This document shows positions 7,344 through 18,993 of a DNA stretch of 64,000 nucleotides, piece by piece; position 1 is the stretch's first letter, and every line of letters starts with the position of its first letter. The notes beneath the pieces are model-generated. The model saw nothing but the letters and a program-made list of their open reading frames with translations, was not told where the DNA came from and made no database searches. The translations under genes were made by a program, and so were the position numbers. This DNA is from a virus: IMG/VR virus record IMGVR_UViG_3300027816_000056, one strand, 5' to 3'.

Positions 7344-7586
7344 TTATTTTAAAATAACTTCACCTTCCATTACACCCCAAGACGAATGTTCACGGAAATG
7401 ATTAACATCATTAATGGTATCGAGAGTCAATACCCACATTTCATCGCCTTTCCATGTAACATTGAGTAACACTTCATTTCGTTTCAATGTGATGTTTTCT
7501 GTACCACCCCATGAACGTGCTCTGCTGTTATCCGTACAACTAGTTGCTGCAATTAAAATTGCTACTGTTAAAATTAATTTTTTCAT
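7344..7586 (-). CDS. small lipoprotein
   Basis: Lipobox-like AATSC after hydrophobic signal; ARSWGG...VTWK motif common in phages. Confidence 0.75.
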   Translation of the reverse strand: MKKLILTVAILIAATSCTDNSRARSWGGTENITLKRNEVLLNVTWKGDEMWVLTLDTINDVNHFREHSSWGVMEGEVILK

Positions 7587-7606
7587 TTCTTTATTTTTAT
7601 ACTATA

Positions 7607-7635
7607 AATATAAGAAATAAAATGTAAAGATCCAA
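7607..7635 (-). promoter_or_regulatory. class A promoter likely driving the lipoprotein and tRNA array
   Basis: TTGGAT-N17-TATATT(TA). Confidence 0.65.
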
Positions 7636-7638
7636 CCG

Positions 7639-8202
7639 TTATCTAACAATTGTTACATGTCCATGTGCTGTGTATTTAGCATCGGTGTATTTGTCTCCGA
7701 ACCATATAATCCACGTATATACGCCGTCTGAGCATAATTTCCCTGCGTATACGCCATCCCAAGTTGCTTCAGCATCATAAGATTCCCATATGGTTTCACC
7801 CCAACGATTCACTAATATTAGATGAAATTGATACGGATTAAATCCAGATGTAAATACCGGTCCCCACGTATTGTTTATTTCATCTCCATCCGGAGTAAAT
7901 GTGTTTGGCACCCAATACAATAAAGGATCACATTGTTTAACAGTTATTGTATATGTTATCGGATCACTCGGACAATTCAAAGCATAATGTGTTGCTGTGA
8001 TAATGTATATGCCAGTGTCAGACCAAGTTAATGATATTGGGTTACCATAATAATATGCACCATCTACTTGCCATTCCGTTTCACCGGGTAAATCGGCTTC
8101 TGCAGAATAAACATATGTTTGTGGTTGATCATTACATAATGTAATTATCTGTTGTGCTGATGACACATTGCAAACTAACAATATGAATAATAACAGTCTC
8201 AT
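7639..8202 (-). CDS. secreted protein with gliding-motility-associated (T9SS type B / CHU_C) C-terminal domain
   Basis: Signal peptide MRLLLFILL...SAQQ; PNTFTPDGDEINNTW, NRWGE, WDG, DGVYTW, GHVTIVR. Confidence 0.85.
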   Translation of the reverse strand: MRLLLFILLVCNVSSAQQIITLCNDQPQTYVYSAEADLPGETEWQVDGAYYYGNPISLTWSDTGIYIITATHYALNCPSDPITYTITVKQCDPLLYWVPNTFTPDGDEINNTWGPVFTSGFNPYQFHLILVNRWGETIWESYDAEATWDGVYAGKLCSDGVYTWIIWFGDKYTDAKYTAHGHVTIVR

Positions 8203-8768
8203 TAGTTGTGGGATATTGGTGATAGAGTTGGAGTTGGGTTTACTACGACACTTGTCGTTGCAGTGAAAGTACATCCAGCTTGAGTGACAGTGTAGGTTAG
8301 TGGCCATGTACCAGCACCAGCAACGCCTGGACAAAAAGTATTTCCTACTACGCCTGTGCCTGTTAATACGCCACCTGCAGGACTAGTTACAACATTCACA
8401 CACGCATCTGTAACACAAAATGGTCCTAATGCTGTGATGCTTGGAACAATCTGCAAAATCAATACGTTTAGTGTGGATGCTGGAGAATTGCAACCATTAC
8501 CGGTTGATGCTACAACTGATACAGCATTTGTTATTAGGCCAGGTGCAGCTGCTGACCAATTGACTCCAATCTGGTTTGTGCCTTGTCCCGATGTAATAAC
8601 ACCTGGAGCAGCAACGGTCCATGTATATGTTACGCCTGGAGTATTAGTGACTTGATAAATTGATCCTGGTGTTTGATAGCAAACGGTATCCGGATTAATA
8701 GTTGTAAACTGCGTATACGCCGTCGTACATGCAACTAAGCTCAATAATAATAATAATAGTTTTTTCAT
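8202..8768 (-). CDS. secreted PKD/Ig-like beta-sandwich protein
   Basis: Signal peptide; YTWTV...GQGTNQIGVNW; ends ISHN. Confidence 0.8.
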   Translation of the reverse strand: MKKLLLLLLSLVACTTAYTQFTTINPDTVCYQTPGSIYQVTNTPGVTYTWTVAAPGVITSGQGTNQIGVNWSAAAPGLITNAVSVVASTGNGCNSPASTLNVLILQIVPSITALGPFCVTDACVNVVTSPAGGVLTGTGVVGNTFCPGVAGAGTWPLTYTVTQAGCTFTATTSVVVNPTPTLSPISHN

Positions 8769-8772
8769 AACG

Positions 8773-9354
8773 TTAATTGTGTGATATAGCTCCTACACTA
8801 GGAAGCTGTGGGTTAATATTTCCGTTAAATACTGCAAAAGGTGTAGCTCCGTCACAACTAGTACTATTCCAACTTCCCCACAAACCATCTGATCCTGGAG
8901 TTACTGATATAGCTAAACTTTGAGGTGTACATCCCTGCGCTACTGTAAGTGTTACACAAAAAGTCCATGTGCATGCTCCAGAATCACCAAAATCATTTGC
9001 TGGATTGCCATCCGTAGTTAAATCAAAAAAGTATCCAGGCCCAACGACACCTACCGGAGTATTAACTGAATTCAACCAGATCCATTGTCCTCCAGATGCA
9101 TTACCTCCACAATTAGCAGGAGCTGTTTGTGGCGTTACGGATGCCCAACCAGGTCCTAGTGTTAAATCAAATCCTTCGATCCAATTGCTACCTGCCTGTG
9201 AATAACCCGTCATCGTGTAACACATGGTTACTACTTGTCCTGGCAAATATTGATTACCTACCGGGGGAGGTGTTAATGTAAATGATTGCGCACCATTACA
9301 TTGGGCTAACGCAGTGCCATATAACAATGTAAATATTAGCAATAACTTCTTCAT
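8773..9354 (-). CDS. secreted Cys/Gly-rich beta protein
   Basis: Signal peptide ALAQ; DGNPANDFGD Ca-loop-like motif; ends ISHN. Confidence 0.75.
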   Translation of the reverse strand: MKKLLLIFTLLYGTALAQCNGAQSFTLTPPPVGNQYLPGQVVTMCYTMTGYSQAGSNWIEGFDLTLGPGWASVTPQTAPANCGGNASGGQWIWLNSVNTPVGVVGPGYFFDLTTDGNPANDFGDSGACTWTFCVTLTVAQGCTPQSLAISVTPGSDGLWGSWNSTSCDGATPFAVFNGNINPQLPSVGAISHN

Positions 9355-9371
9355 ATATTAATATATATTAA

Positions 9372-9773
9372 TTATTTAGATTCTAACATCCTACCGACAC
9401 GAGCACGTGCCTTTTCCCCTAATGGTATCGGATGTCCTTCTTCATCTATATGCACAAAGGTAATATTGGTCTTTAGCACTACAATTTGTTTGCCTGTATA
9501 TACATTATGAGCACGTGCTTCCATGTAGATGTTTATAGAACTATTTCCTATTTTGCTAGGATATCCGTAAACCTTTAATAATTGTCCTTCTCGTGCCGGC
9601 TTTTCAAAGTTGCATTGATCAATTGAAACCGTTACCATACGGGGTGTATCGCATAGTTGCATTGCATAGCCTGCAGCTGCTGTGTCGATCCATGAAAGAA
9701 GTTTTCCACCAAAAAGATTTCCATGAAACCCTAAATCAGATTTTTTAATTAGATGTGTACTCAGCAATTCCAT
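9372..9773 (-). CDS. acyl-CoA thioesterase (HotDog fold, YciA-like)
   Basis: DLGFHGNLFGGKLLSWID and VTVSID motifs. Confidence 0.85.
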   Translation of the reverse strand: MELLSTHLIKKSDLGFHGNLFGGKLLSWIDTAAAGYAMQLCDTPRMVTVSIDQCNFEKPAREGQLLKVYGYPSKIGNSSINIYMEARAHNVYTGKQIVVLKTNITFVHIDEEGHPIPLGEKARARVGRMLESK

Positions 9774-10078
9774 TATCTGCCTACAATTGTAAGTGGAATG
9801 CCAACTGTAAACACTAGGCTACCAGATACAATAGCCCATGTTCTAGGTTGTGCATAAACCGGTTTTAATTGTGTAGTTGATGATCCTTCATAGATTTGTT
9901 GTGTTAACATTCCTGCTACAATAAAAGCAGCTCCACCTATTAACATGGCAGGACCAGTTCTAAATTCTGTTTTACGAGACTTTGGTAAATTCAATTTGAA
10001 ATACTGTCTAGGCGGTGCCATTTGTGAAAAGACATTTGTAGAAAGTGTTAGCGCTAACAATAAAATTAATTTTTTCAT
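9773..10078 (-). CDS. membrane protein
   Basis: Signal peptide plus two hydrophobic segments. Confidence 0.65.
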   Translation of the reverse strand: MKKLILLLALTLSTNVFSQMAPPRQYFKLNLPKSRKTEFRTGPAMLIGGAAFIVAGMLTQQIYEGSSTTQLKPVYAQPRTWAIVSGSLVFTVGIPLTIVGR

Positions 10079-10138
10079 GATTTTCTCATTAAATATAAAA
10101 TATATTTTAGTAACTTGTATCTTAATCTGTATAACATA

Positions 10139-11170
10139 TTAATTGCTTAAAGGTGCTTTAATTGTTGGGTGTGATTGATAATCTCTAACCTCAAAGTCCT
10201 CAGACTTAATGTAATCGATCTGTTCAATTACTCCAGCATCCGGATTCCAAAATTCATCATTAATAACTAATTTAGGTAACGGGTATGGTTCTCTGTTTAA
10301 CTGTTCTTTTGCTTGTTCAATGTGATTCAAATACAAATGTGTATCACCTAAGTTACCAATCAATTCATCAGGAACCATATTAACTTCTTTAGCTATGATT
10401 TCGAGAAGAAGACCATAAGAAGCAATATTGAACGGTAAACCTAAGAATACGTCCACTGAACGTTGATTCCACATTAAAGAAATTGCTCTTTTTGGGATAT
10501 TATACCAACTAAAATTATCTTTTGGCAATTCATATTCATCCCATTTATCAGGATACGTTTTCTTAAAGTATTCAACTCTTTCATCAAAACTCAATTCTCT
10601 TGTATAAACTTGAAATCCATAATGACAAGGTGGAAGTGTCATCGAATCCAATTCACCTACATTCCAAGCTGAAACCATCAATCGTCTTGAGTCTGGGTTT
10701 GTTTTGAGGTCACGGATTAGGTTTGCGATTTGGTCTATTTGTTTATCTAAATCACGGCTAACATTCTGTACCCAACCTCTCCATTGCTTACCATACACAG
10801 GTCCAAGGTCACCCCAATGCTTTGCTCGTAAAGAATCATTTTTTATTGTATCAATAAACTCCATGATTGATAATGGATTGTCGGTCGTACTTTTGTATTT
10901 TTTATAAGCATCACCATCCCAAATGTGACAATCATTATCAACAAGAAACTTTATATTAGTATCACCACGTAAGAACCATAACAATTCTGTTACAATTCCT
11001 TTCCAATACATCTTCTTTGTTGTGAGTAGCGGAAATCCTTCTGACATTTTGTGGCGGATCTGTCTTCCGAACGTTGATAGCGTTCCTGTGCCAGTACGAT
11101 CCTCCTTGCGAACACCATTGTCTAGGATGTCTTGTAGGAGTGCTTGGTATTGTTTATCTATGTTATTCAT
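10139..11170 (-). CDS. thyA: thymidylate synthase
   Basis: DRTGTGT, ELLWFL, LPPCH, QRSVDVFLGLPFNIASY, HLYLNH. Confidence 0.97.
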   Translation of the reverse strand: MNNIDKQYQALLQDILDNGVRKEDRTGTGTLSTFGRQIRHKMSEGFPLLTTKKMYWKGIVTELLWFLRGDTNIKFLVDNDCHIWDGDAYKKYKSTTDNPLSIMEFIDTIKNDSLRAKHWGDLGPVYGKQWRGWVQNVSRDLDKQIDQIANLIRDLKTNPDSRRLMVSAWNVGELDSMTLPPCHYGFQVYTRELSFDERVEYFKKTYPDKWDEYELPKDNFSWYNIPKRAISLMWNQRSVDVFLGLPFNIASYGLLLEIIAKEVNMVPDELIGNLGDTHLYLNHIEQAKEQLNREPYPLPKLVINDEFWNPDAGVIEQIDYIKSEDFEVRDYQSHPTIKAPLSN

Positions 11171-11460
11171 AACCCAATTTCTTTTAATTGATCGGGTGTT
11201 AATTTTGTGATTGGTTGTACTTTACTTACATCGGGTGTAGTATCTGCTAACCACATTTCTTTAGCTGATGTAGGTGCTTTAGATGGCGTAACTCTTTTAA
11301 GTGGTTCTTTCTTAAAAAGATAACCTGATAAATCGGTGTATTTTAATAATTCACTATCACCTTCAATAGTCGTTGTTCCATTCAATACTTTAACCATTGC
11401 AATCTTGTAACCAAATTTATTGGTTAACCATTTAATGAATTTAACGTGTAGTCTGTTCAT
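11167..11460 (-). CDS. hypothetical protein
   Basis: ORF overlapping thyA start by 4 nt. Confidence 0.55.
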   Translation of the reverse strand: MNRLHVKFIKWLTNKFGYKIAMVKVLNGTTTIEGDSELLKYTDLSGYLFKKEPLKRVTPSKAPTSAKEMWLADTTPDVSKVQPITKLTPDQLKEIGL

Positions 11461-11602
11461 TTAGTAACTCTTTTAATCGTTTAATCTCTGCAATTACATC
11501 ATCACCTAATTCAATCTTGGACATCATTGATAAGTCCACAACTTGTGAGTACAGTAAGTCAATTAATTCTTGTTGTACCTTGATTATTTCCTGTTCATTC
11601 AT
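11441..11602 (-). CDS. small hypothetical protein (53 aa, not in ORF track)
   Basis: Hand translation MNEQEIIKVQQELIDLLYSQVVDLSMMSKIELGDDVIAEIKRLKELLNEQTTR fills the gap. Confidence 0.55.
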   Translation of the reverse strand: MNEQEIIKVQQELIDLLYSQVVDLSMMSKIELGDDVIAEIKRLKELLNEQTTR

Positions 11603-11888
11603 CTTCCAATCCATCCATTAAAGTTACATCCCAATCTGATAATTCATTGGTTTCAATTATTTTAAAAATCTTGTCCTGAATCTCCTGTATAGTTGTCTCA
11701 TCAACTTCCCCAGCATTAAAGCACTCAAACTGAATACCTTTATCGTCATTACGATTCTCAGCAATAGTGAGCACATGGTAATCTTTGAGCTTTGTTTGCA
11801 GATCTCTTCCTACATGTTCTAGCTGTGCTCGTTGCTGTTCGTCGTTTATGCGTACTGGGATCTTTACTATGAATATTGGTTTAGCCAT
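11595..11888 (-). CDS. hypothetical protein
   Basis: 97-aa ORF in operon. Confidence 0.6.
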   Translation of the reverse strand: MAKPIFIVKIPVRINDEQQRAQLEHVGRDLQTKLKDYHVLTIAENRNDDKGIQFECFNAGEVDETTIQEIQDKIFKIIETNELSDWDVTLMDGLEDE

Positions 11889-11890
11889 AT

Positions 11891-12595
11891 TTACAAAGGT
11901 GTATATTTAAAGTCTTGTATAATAAAATCAGATACCGGAGGTGACATTCTATCTACTTCTTCTGTCACTCCATTGTTCAGTATCACATTCATCTTAGTAG
12001 CAGCCAATTGTTTTAAAATATTAGCATCCGTTACAGTTCTTACCAATCGACCATCATAACGAAATTCTACAACATCTGGTTTCCATGTTACTGAATAAGT
12101 AATAAAATGCTTTGCTGGGTTTCGAAATCCAAACCAATGTGTCTTACCTTTAATCATTTTGTTTTGCGAATCCTTTGTATAATGTACATTGGTTTGCACA
12201 TTCCAAAATCCTGCAGGATTAAGTAGTCTAGGTTTAAAGTAATTTCCACGTGAATCAGAATAGGCTTCAAAAACATCTATCTCAGGCGGCCATGTATCCC
12301 AACTCCACATCCAGAAAGCCGGCCACAAGTTTTCTCCCTCAGGTAATTTTGCTGTTACACTGAATGTGCCGAATCCAAAACGTTCTGTGCATGAAACTAA
12401 TCCAACACCTACCCAAGCAACTTGTTTGGTTTCGGTAAAATACTTTGGATTGTATTTTGTAGTTAAATGCATTGCATCATCAGCATCCACACTCACACAT
12501 GATGCATCATACCACCAATGTGATTTTTCGTGATGTACTTGTCCCCAACGCTCTTGCGGAATCCAATCATAACCTTTCCATGTAATTGTTTTCAT
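11891..12595 (-). CDS. glycoside hydrolase family 16
   Basis: LWPAFWM and catalytic EIDVFE motif. Confidence 0.85.
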   Translation of the reverse strand: MKTITWKGYDWIPQERWGQVHHEKSHWWYDASCVSVDADDAMHLTTKYNPKYFTETKQVAWVGVGLVSCTERFGFGTFSVTAKLPEGENLWPAFWMWSWDTWPPEIDVFEAYSDSRGNYFKPRLLNPAGFWNVQTNVHYTKDSQNKMIKGKTHWFGFRNPAKHFITYSVTWKPDVVEFRYDGRLVRTVTDANILKQLAATKMNVILNNGVTEEVDRMSPPVSDFIIQDFKYTPL

Positions 12596-12694
12596 ACTAT
12601 CCTTTGCTATACTTTTTTCTTAAATATTCAGCGTAAGCAACTCTTCGATTGGATTTGACAAACAAGAATCCAAAATGCAATTCAAACCATCGTA

Positions 12695-12919
12695 TCATAA
12701 TACTATTCCTTTTACTTGTTCGTGTTGTGATCTGAATTCCTCTCTAACACTTTCAGTTAGTTCATGTGGTCCATAATACCATTCAGTATGCCAATTCAAA
12801 CTAATATCTTTAACATTTGAAATTTTAGCATAATGAAATCCGCCTTCATATCCAGTAACGAATACATGTAACTCAGGATCCAACAAACTTAGTTGTTCTA
12901 TCAATTCTCGAACTGTCAT
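12695..12919 (-). CDS. hypothetical protein
   Basis: MTVRELIEQL...GYEGG phage family pattern. Confidence 0.65.
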   Translation of the reverse strand: MTVRELIEQLSLLDPELHVFVTGYEGGFHYAKISNVKDISLNWHTEWYYGPHELTESVREEFRSQHEQVKGIVL

Positions 12920-13182
12920 TTGATCAAATGTTTTTCAAATAAATTAATCAAAGCCTGTACTTCTTCAAATTTATGGAAACGAATAGGATCTTCTGTATTG
13001 AATACTTCAATGTACCAGTTATCATCCTTTCCGCTTTCTTGTGAATCTGATGAAATAAAGGATAATCCTTTAGTAATGTCATGATAATAATAATATTCAT
13101 AACCAGTATTACCTCTACTGTCATCCCACTCATCATAGATTTCTTTTTGAAATCCTAGCAGTTGTACTTCCTTTTCTGTCAT
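12916..13182 (-). CDS. hypothetical protein
   Basis: 4-nt overlap coupling with neighbour. Confidence 0.6.
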   Translation of the reverse strand: MTEKEVQLLGFQKEIYDEWDDSRGNTGYEYYYYHDITKGLSFISSDSQESGKDDNWYIEVFNTEDPIRFHKFEEVQALINLFEKHLIK

Positions 13183-13198
13183 AACCTATTATATGAAA

Positions 13199-13435
13199 TT
13201 ATTCCACAATTTCAAAATCTATATCCGGAACTGTTTCGCAAAACATGAAATGTGTCTGTGTTCGCAATACATGATCAGCACCACACCATTGCATGTATTG
13301 TTGCACATGCTGCATATCAGGTTGTTCTTCTAACTTAGGTGCAAAGTAATGTATCGGCTTTTGTCGCAACACAACGTATGCAGAATCTCCGTGTTTGTAT
13401 ACTGGTATCATCTGGTATAACTTTGGAACACACAA
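13199..13435 (-). CDS. hypothetical protein
   Basis: ORF in operon; likely start MIPVYK. Confidence 0.55.
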   Translation of the reverse strand: MCVPKLYQMIPVYKHGDSAYVVLRQKPIHYFAPKLEEQPDMQHVQQYMQWCGADHVLRTQTHFMFCETVPDIDFEIVE

Positions 13436-13749
13436 ACAAATTCTAAATTGGTATCCATCATGTCGTTGTATACACGATGATATGCTCCTGCAGGAATCAA
13501 TACAATATCTCCTGCTCTTACACTTAACATGCTTTCTGTGTTCTCATGATCCAATTGCATCCTACCCGATCCAGACATGAAAAAGTATACTTCTTCTAAT
13601 CCTTCATGGCTATGACCACCCGTTCTTTGCAACGGATATAGTATAGTTTTAGATAATGTCAAGTTATTCAATAATTTATTGTCTATTACTTGATATACTT
13701 CGGTGTCACGTATTATTTCTCCACCGATATCTTCTTTATTTACTTTCAT
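13408..13749 (-). CDS. cupin domain protein
   Basis: HSHEGLEEVYFF and GDIVLIPAGAYH cupin motifs. Confidence 0.85.
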   Translation of the reverse strand: MKVNKEDIGGEIIRDTEVYQVIDNKLLNNLTLSKTILYPLQRTGGHSHEGLEEVYFFMSGSGRMQLDHENTESMLSVRAGDIVLIPAGAYHRVYNDMMDTNLEFVCVFQSYTR

Positions 13750-13769
13750 TGTAACCTCGTTAAACGTTC

Positions 13770-13999
13770 TTATTTAGTGCAATCTTCATATCCTAGTACT
13801 ATTGCATCTGATATATCCAATTTGGGATTTTCTTTCATGTGTCGTAATGCATATGTAACTGTTGGAATCAATACTCCAAAATCCTCTGCTTCATGCAGAA
13901 TAAATTCCACAATGTCCATAGACCGATGGATATCTTCCACCGGCCTACGACGTTTTTTACTAGTTAATTTTTTGAGCTTGTCAAACAATCGCTGTTCCA

Positions 14000-14000
<1 letters not shown>
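13770..14000 (-). CDS. hypothetical protein
   Basis: Translationally coupled to groEL stop. Confidence 0.55.
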
Positions 14001-15646
<1,646 letters not shown>

Positions 15647-15659
15647 TTAATATAAATAT

Positions 15660-17684
15660 TTACTTAACCATTTCCAAGAATTTTGAGTTCATTGTTTTTG
15701 CAATGTCTCGCATATCACTCGGATCAATAAACTTTGCATCCGGACCATACATTATATGAAAGTTTTCTTTAGAACTTCCACCATAATGCTCGGTTTTTAT
15801 GAAATAACTAATAACATTGATACCTGATTCGCGGAATAGATTAACAATGCGACGTGTAAATTCAATGCCATTGTATTGATGATGACCTCCGGATACTGGA
15901 GTGGGTTCACCATCTGAATAATTAATAAAAATCAATTCATCACCTTTAGCATCTGCCTTAAGATCTTTTTCAATACTTTTGAATGCAATTCCTTCTGGAG
16001 TACAACCAAATGTGCTTAAGAATTTGAAATAAGTTTTAATCTTATTCATTTTGTCATGAGCCGAATCATATGCATACATCGTGACACATTTTTCTCGACT
16101 GCTATTAAGATTATCAGTACCTCGAAGAGATATTTGTACTCGGATTCCCGTTGTCATTGATGCTGCCTGAGCAATTGCAACGGCGCTAAGTATAGCTTGA
16201 TGAAACTTATTTCCAGCCATCGAGCCTGATGCATCGATTGAAATATGAATAAAATAATTTTTATATCTGTCAGTTACGATTCTATGAAATACATTTACAT
16301 TTTCATATCCCAATTGAGATACCAATCTTCTATCAATTTTACCCGCAGTAAGTCTTGTAGATTTAAGACTTCGATCCGAATTTCTTAGTTGCAATTTAGA
16401 TCCTAAACGTCTACCTAACAATATTCCTTGTTGCACGGCATCATCCATTGCTTTGATATATCTAGTTCTATAATTATCTGATGATATAGATAAATTTTCT
16501 TGCAATACAGCTGAGGAATGATGTTGAAATAGTTCTGGTAAGTTGTCTATGATTGCCGGAGTTAACTTTTTAATTACAACCGTTGTTACCGGGCATTCAT
16601 CACCTTTTGGTCCTGTTGCAACATCGCGTGTCTCGGTACCAGATTCTTTTATGGCATCTACTAGCTGTTTGTCTTGCTTTGACAACTTACCCGTTTTCTT
16701 TGCATTACCTTTAATGAATTCACGTTGTGCTTCAATGGCTTTTTCTAGTTTAGCTAACTCCTTATCCGATAATTGAGATGTTTTAATATCTCCGGGTTGA
16801 TCTGCACCAATTGGATCACCACTATCTGAAGCTTCACCATCACCGTCAGGTCCTTCTTCTCCAGAAAAATTACCACCAGCTTTATTCATTTTAACTTCTT
16901 GTTCTGCCTCGGCATCTTTAATTGCAGCTTTCAAAATTTTGTATACGTCACACGCAACTTCCAACGCATCTGTGGTTGTTTTTAATCTACTAATTGATTT
17001 CAAATCAATCAAATTCCATATGTTTCGCAAATCCTTTAAGGTATCTAATTGACGATTAGGATTAGTAAAATTAATAATATGGAACATGTAACAATCCATA
17101 TTCTCTTCGCATTTTTCTCCTGCAAGAAGAGCTTTATCAATAATCTTATCATTGAAGTATTTGTCATACATTGCTTCATAATACACACGGTATCCTGGAG
17201 CATTGGTATATACTTTATAATCAATGCGACGATCTTCAATCCAATTCAACAAATCTTTAATGACAGCAAAGTCTTCTTCAGTCATATCCATATTCGGATC
17301 CATCCCTCGCAAACGAATGGCATTTGCAAATGGACTATTACTCAATCGAGTAGCCCCAGCAAATAAAGAAAAGTCTGTGAATGCAATATGTGATCCTTCA
17401 TGCAATGCCAATCCTACTGCAGGATCGAAATTTTTATCTTCCAACTTGGTACCAATAACAACACGCTCGCCATCAGTGTAGCTGTTATCATTGCTTTGAA
17501 ATACTACTGGTATTTGTTTGCCTGTAACAATGTTAACAAAATTACCAATGGCACGTTGAGCCGCAGCCAATTTAGTATAATCAACGTTATTGTTTTCTTT
17601 GAATGAAACATCAAAATCTTGCCCCAGCCAGAAGCTTGATGCTGCAGTGTTATAAAAGCCTTTAAACCCTAGATTCTTTTGCAT
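15660..17684 (-). CDS. VWA-domain protein with N-terminal HExxH domain (CobT-like partner of MoxR ATPase)
   Basis: LHEGSH and IEDRRID N-terminal motifs; acidic linker; MIDAS DASGSM...T...SDG. Confidence 0.85.
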   Translation of the reverse strand: MQKNLGFKGFYNTAASSFWLGQDFDVSFKENNNVDYTKLAAAQRAIGNFVNIVTGKQIPVVFQSNDNSYTDGERVVIGTKLEDKNFDPAVGLALHEGSHIAFTDFSLFAGATRLSNSPFANAIRLRGMDPNMDMTEEDFAVIKDLLNWIEDRRIDYKVYTNAPGYRVYYEAMYDKYFNDKIIDKALLAGEKCEENMDCYMFHIINFTNPNRQLDTLKDLRNIWNLIDLKSISRLKTTTDALEVACDVYKILKAAIKDAEAEQEVKMNKAGGNFSGEEGPDGDGEASDSGDPIGADQPGDIKTSQLSDKELAKLEKAIEAQREFIKGNAKKTGKLSKQDKQLVDAIKESGTETRDVATGPKGDECPVTTVVIKKLTPAIIDNLPELFQHHSSAVLQENLSISSDNYRTRYIKAMDDAVQQGILLGRRLGSKLQLRNSDRSLKSTRLTAGKIDRRLVSQLGYENVNVFHRIVTDRYKNYFIHISIDASGSMAGNKFHQAILSAVAIAQAASMTTGIRVQISLRGTDNLNSSREKCVTMYAYDSAHDKMNKIKTYFKFLSTFGCTPEGIAFKSIEKDLKADAKGDELIFINYSDGEPTPVSGGHHQYNGIEFTRRIVNLFRESGINVISYFIKTEHYGGSSKENFHIMYGPDAKFIDPSDMRDIAKTMNSKFLEMVK

Positions 17685-17706
17685 ATCTCAATTATTTTAT
17701 ATTATA

Positions 17707-17735
17707 AATATAAGAAATTATTCAGTACGATCCAA
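17707..17735 (-). promoter_or_regulatory. class A promoter
   Basis: TTGGAT-N17-TATATT. Confidence 0.6.
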
Positions 17736-17745
17736 CCAAAATGCA

Positions 17746-17787
17746 TAAAAAAGAGGGCAATTGATTAAACAATTTACCCCCTTCTTT
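17746..17787 (-). terminator. possible intrinsic terminator after AAA gene
   Basis: Minus-strand GGGGTAAATTG/CAATTGCCCTC imperfect hairpin followed by T-run. Confidence 0.4.
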
Positions 17788-17804
17788 GAGCTATGAAAAA
17801 GATC

Positions 17805-18941
17805 TTAAAATGGAATGTTATCGTGATCATTAACTTCACCGGTATTGAAAATGTCTTTCTCAGCCGTTGCCATATGCTTTTGAATGATTTGTTTCACAAA
17901 GGTTCTTTCCGAATCGGTACCACCTGATGCATCAAAAAACGGAAGGATTGCTACCTCAGCTGCTTCTCCCAAATCAAACCCATCACTCAACAATTCACAT
18001 ACACGAACTGTCATACGGGTTGATATCATGGTAGACAACTTGCCAGTTTCACTTCTCCATTCTTTACGTGTAGCATCCGCAATGTCTGCTACTGCATGAA
18101 TAAGATCGGCTGATACTTTGTCACCATATCGTTTTGTCAAAAGAATTTCTTCCTGTTCTACTGATAAAATATCTACTTCAATGATTTCAAAACGATCCAT
18201 CAATGCACGATCCAATACCCGTGTCGATGTATATTCGGTACCAATGTTTGCAGTTGCAATAAAGGATACTCCCGGAGCTACATGAATGGTAGGAGCACTA
18301 ATATCTTCATCCAATCTCAAGTAGCGTTGACCTTCATCTAACACTGTCATAAGAATGTTCCAAGCTTCAGGATGCGCACGAGATAACTCATCTAGCAAAA
18401 TAACTGCATTCTCTGTTTGAATTGCTTTTACAAATGCAGACTCATCAAAGGTTGTCTGACCATCTTTGAAATGCGTGTTACCAATAAGCGTTGCTCTAGG
18501 ATCTTGAGTAGCACCCAAGTTAAAATAAAAGAAAGGACGATTGGTTGCTATCGGCAATGCCTTTGCTGCTTGTGTCTTACCACAACCTGCAGGACCAACC
18601 ATCATGATGTTTTTACCTCGAACTGCTGATCGTACCAGATACTTCCATTTAATATCAGACATCTCCAAGTCCCTAGGTTTAATCTTAGGAGCATTGGTAA
18701 TCAATGCTAATACTGGATCTGCATCCTTAACTGGTTGTGATGTGGGAATAACAGGTTCTGTGGGAATTTCTGACATATCTACTTGTCGTGCTCTACCTGT
18801 GTCTTGATCGAATGCTAAGGCTTTGCCATTCTTTATTGCTGCCTTAATCATAATGTCACGGAACAATGCAGTGATGTCATTACCTGTTCCAACTTCAATG
18901 ACTTGATTGCCATTAATAATACCAAACGTTTTTCTTTTCAT
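17805..18941 (-). CDS. MoxR/CobS-like AAA+ ATPase
   Basis: GPAGCGKT Walker A, ILLDELSR Walker B, ATAN, LDRALMDRF. Confidence 0.92.
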   Translation of the reverse strand: MKRKTFGIINGNQVIEVGTGNDITALFRDIMIKAAIKNGKALAFDQDTGRARQVDMSEIPTEPVIPTSQPVKDADPVLALITNAPKIKPRDLEMSDIKWKYLVRSAVRGKNIMMVGPAGCGKTQAAKALPIATNRPFFYFNLGATQDPRATLIGNTHFKDGQTTFDESAFVKAIQTENAVILLDELSRAHPEAWNILMTVLDEGQRYLRLDEDISAPTIHVAPGVSFIATANIGTEYTSTRVLDRALMDRFEIIEVDILSVEQEEILLTKRYGDKVSADLIHAVADIADATRKEWRSETGKLSTMISTRMTVRVCELLSDGFDLGEAAEVAILPFFDASGGTDSERTFVKQIIQKHMATAEKDIFNTGEVNDHDNIPF

Positions 18942-18963
18942 AACTCATTATTTTTATACTTTA

Positions 18964-18992
18964 AATATAATAAATAAATTGTTACGATCCAA
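18964..18992 (-). promoter_or_regulatory. class A promoter
   Basis: TTGGAT-N17-TATATT. Confidence 0.6.
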
Positions 18993-18993
18993 C

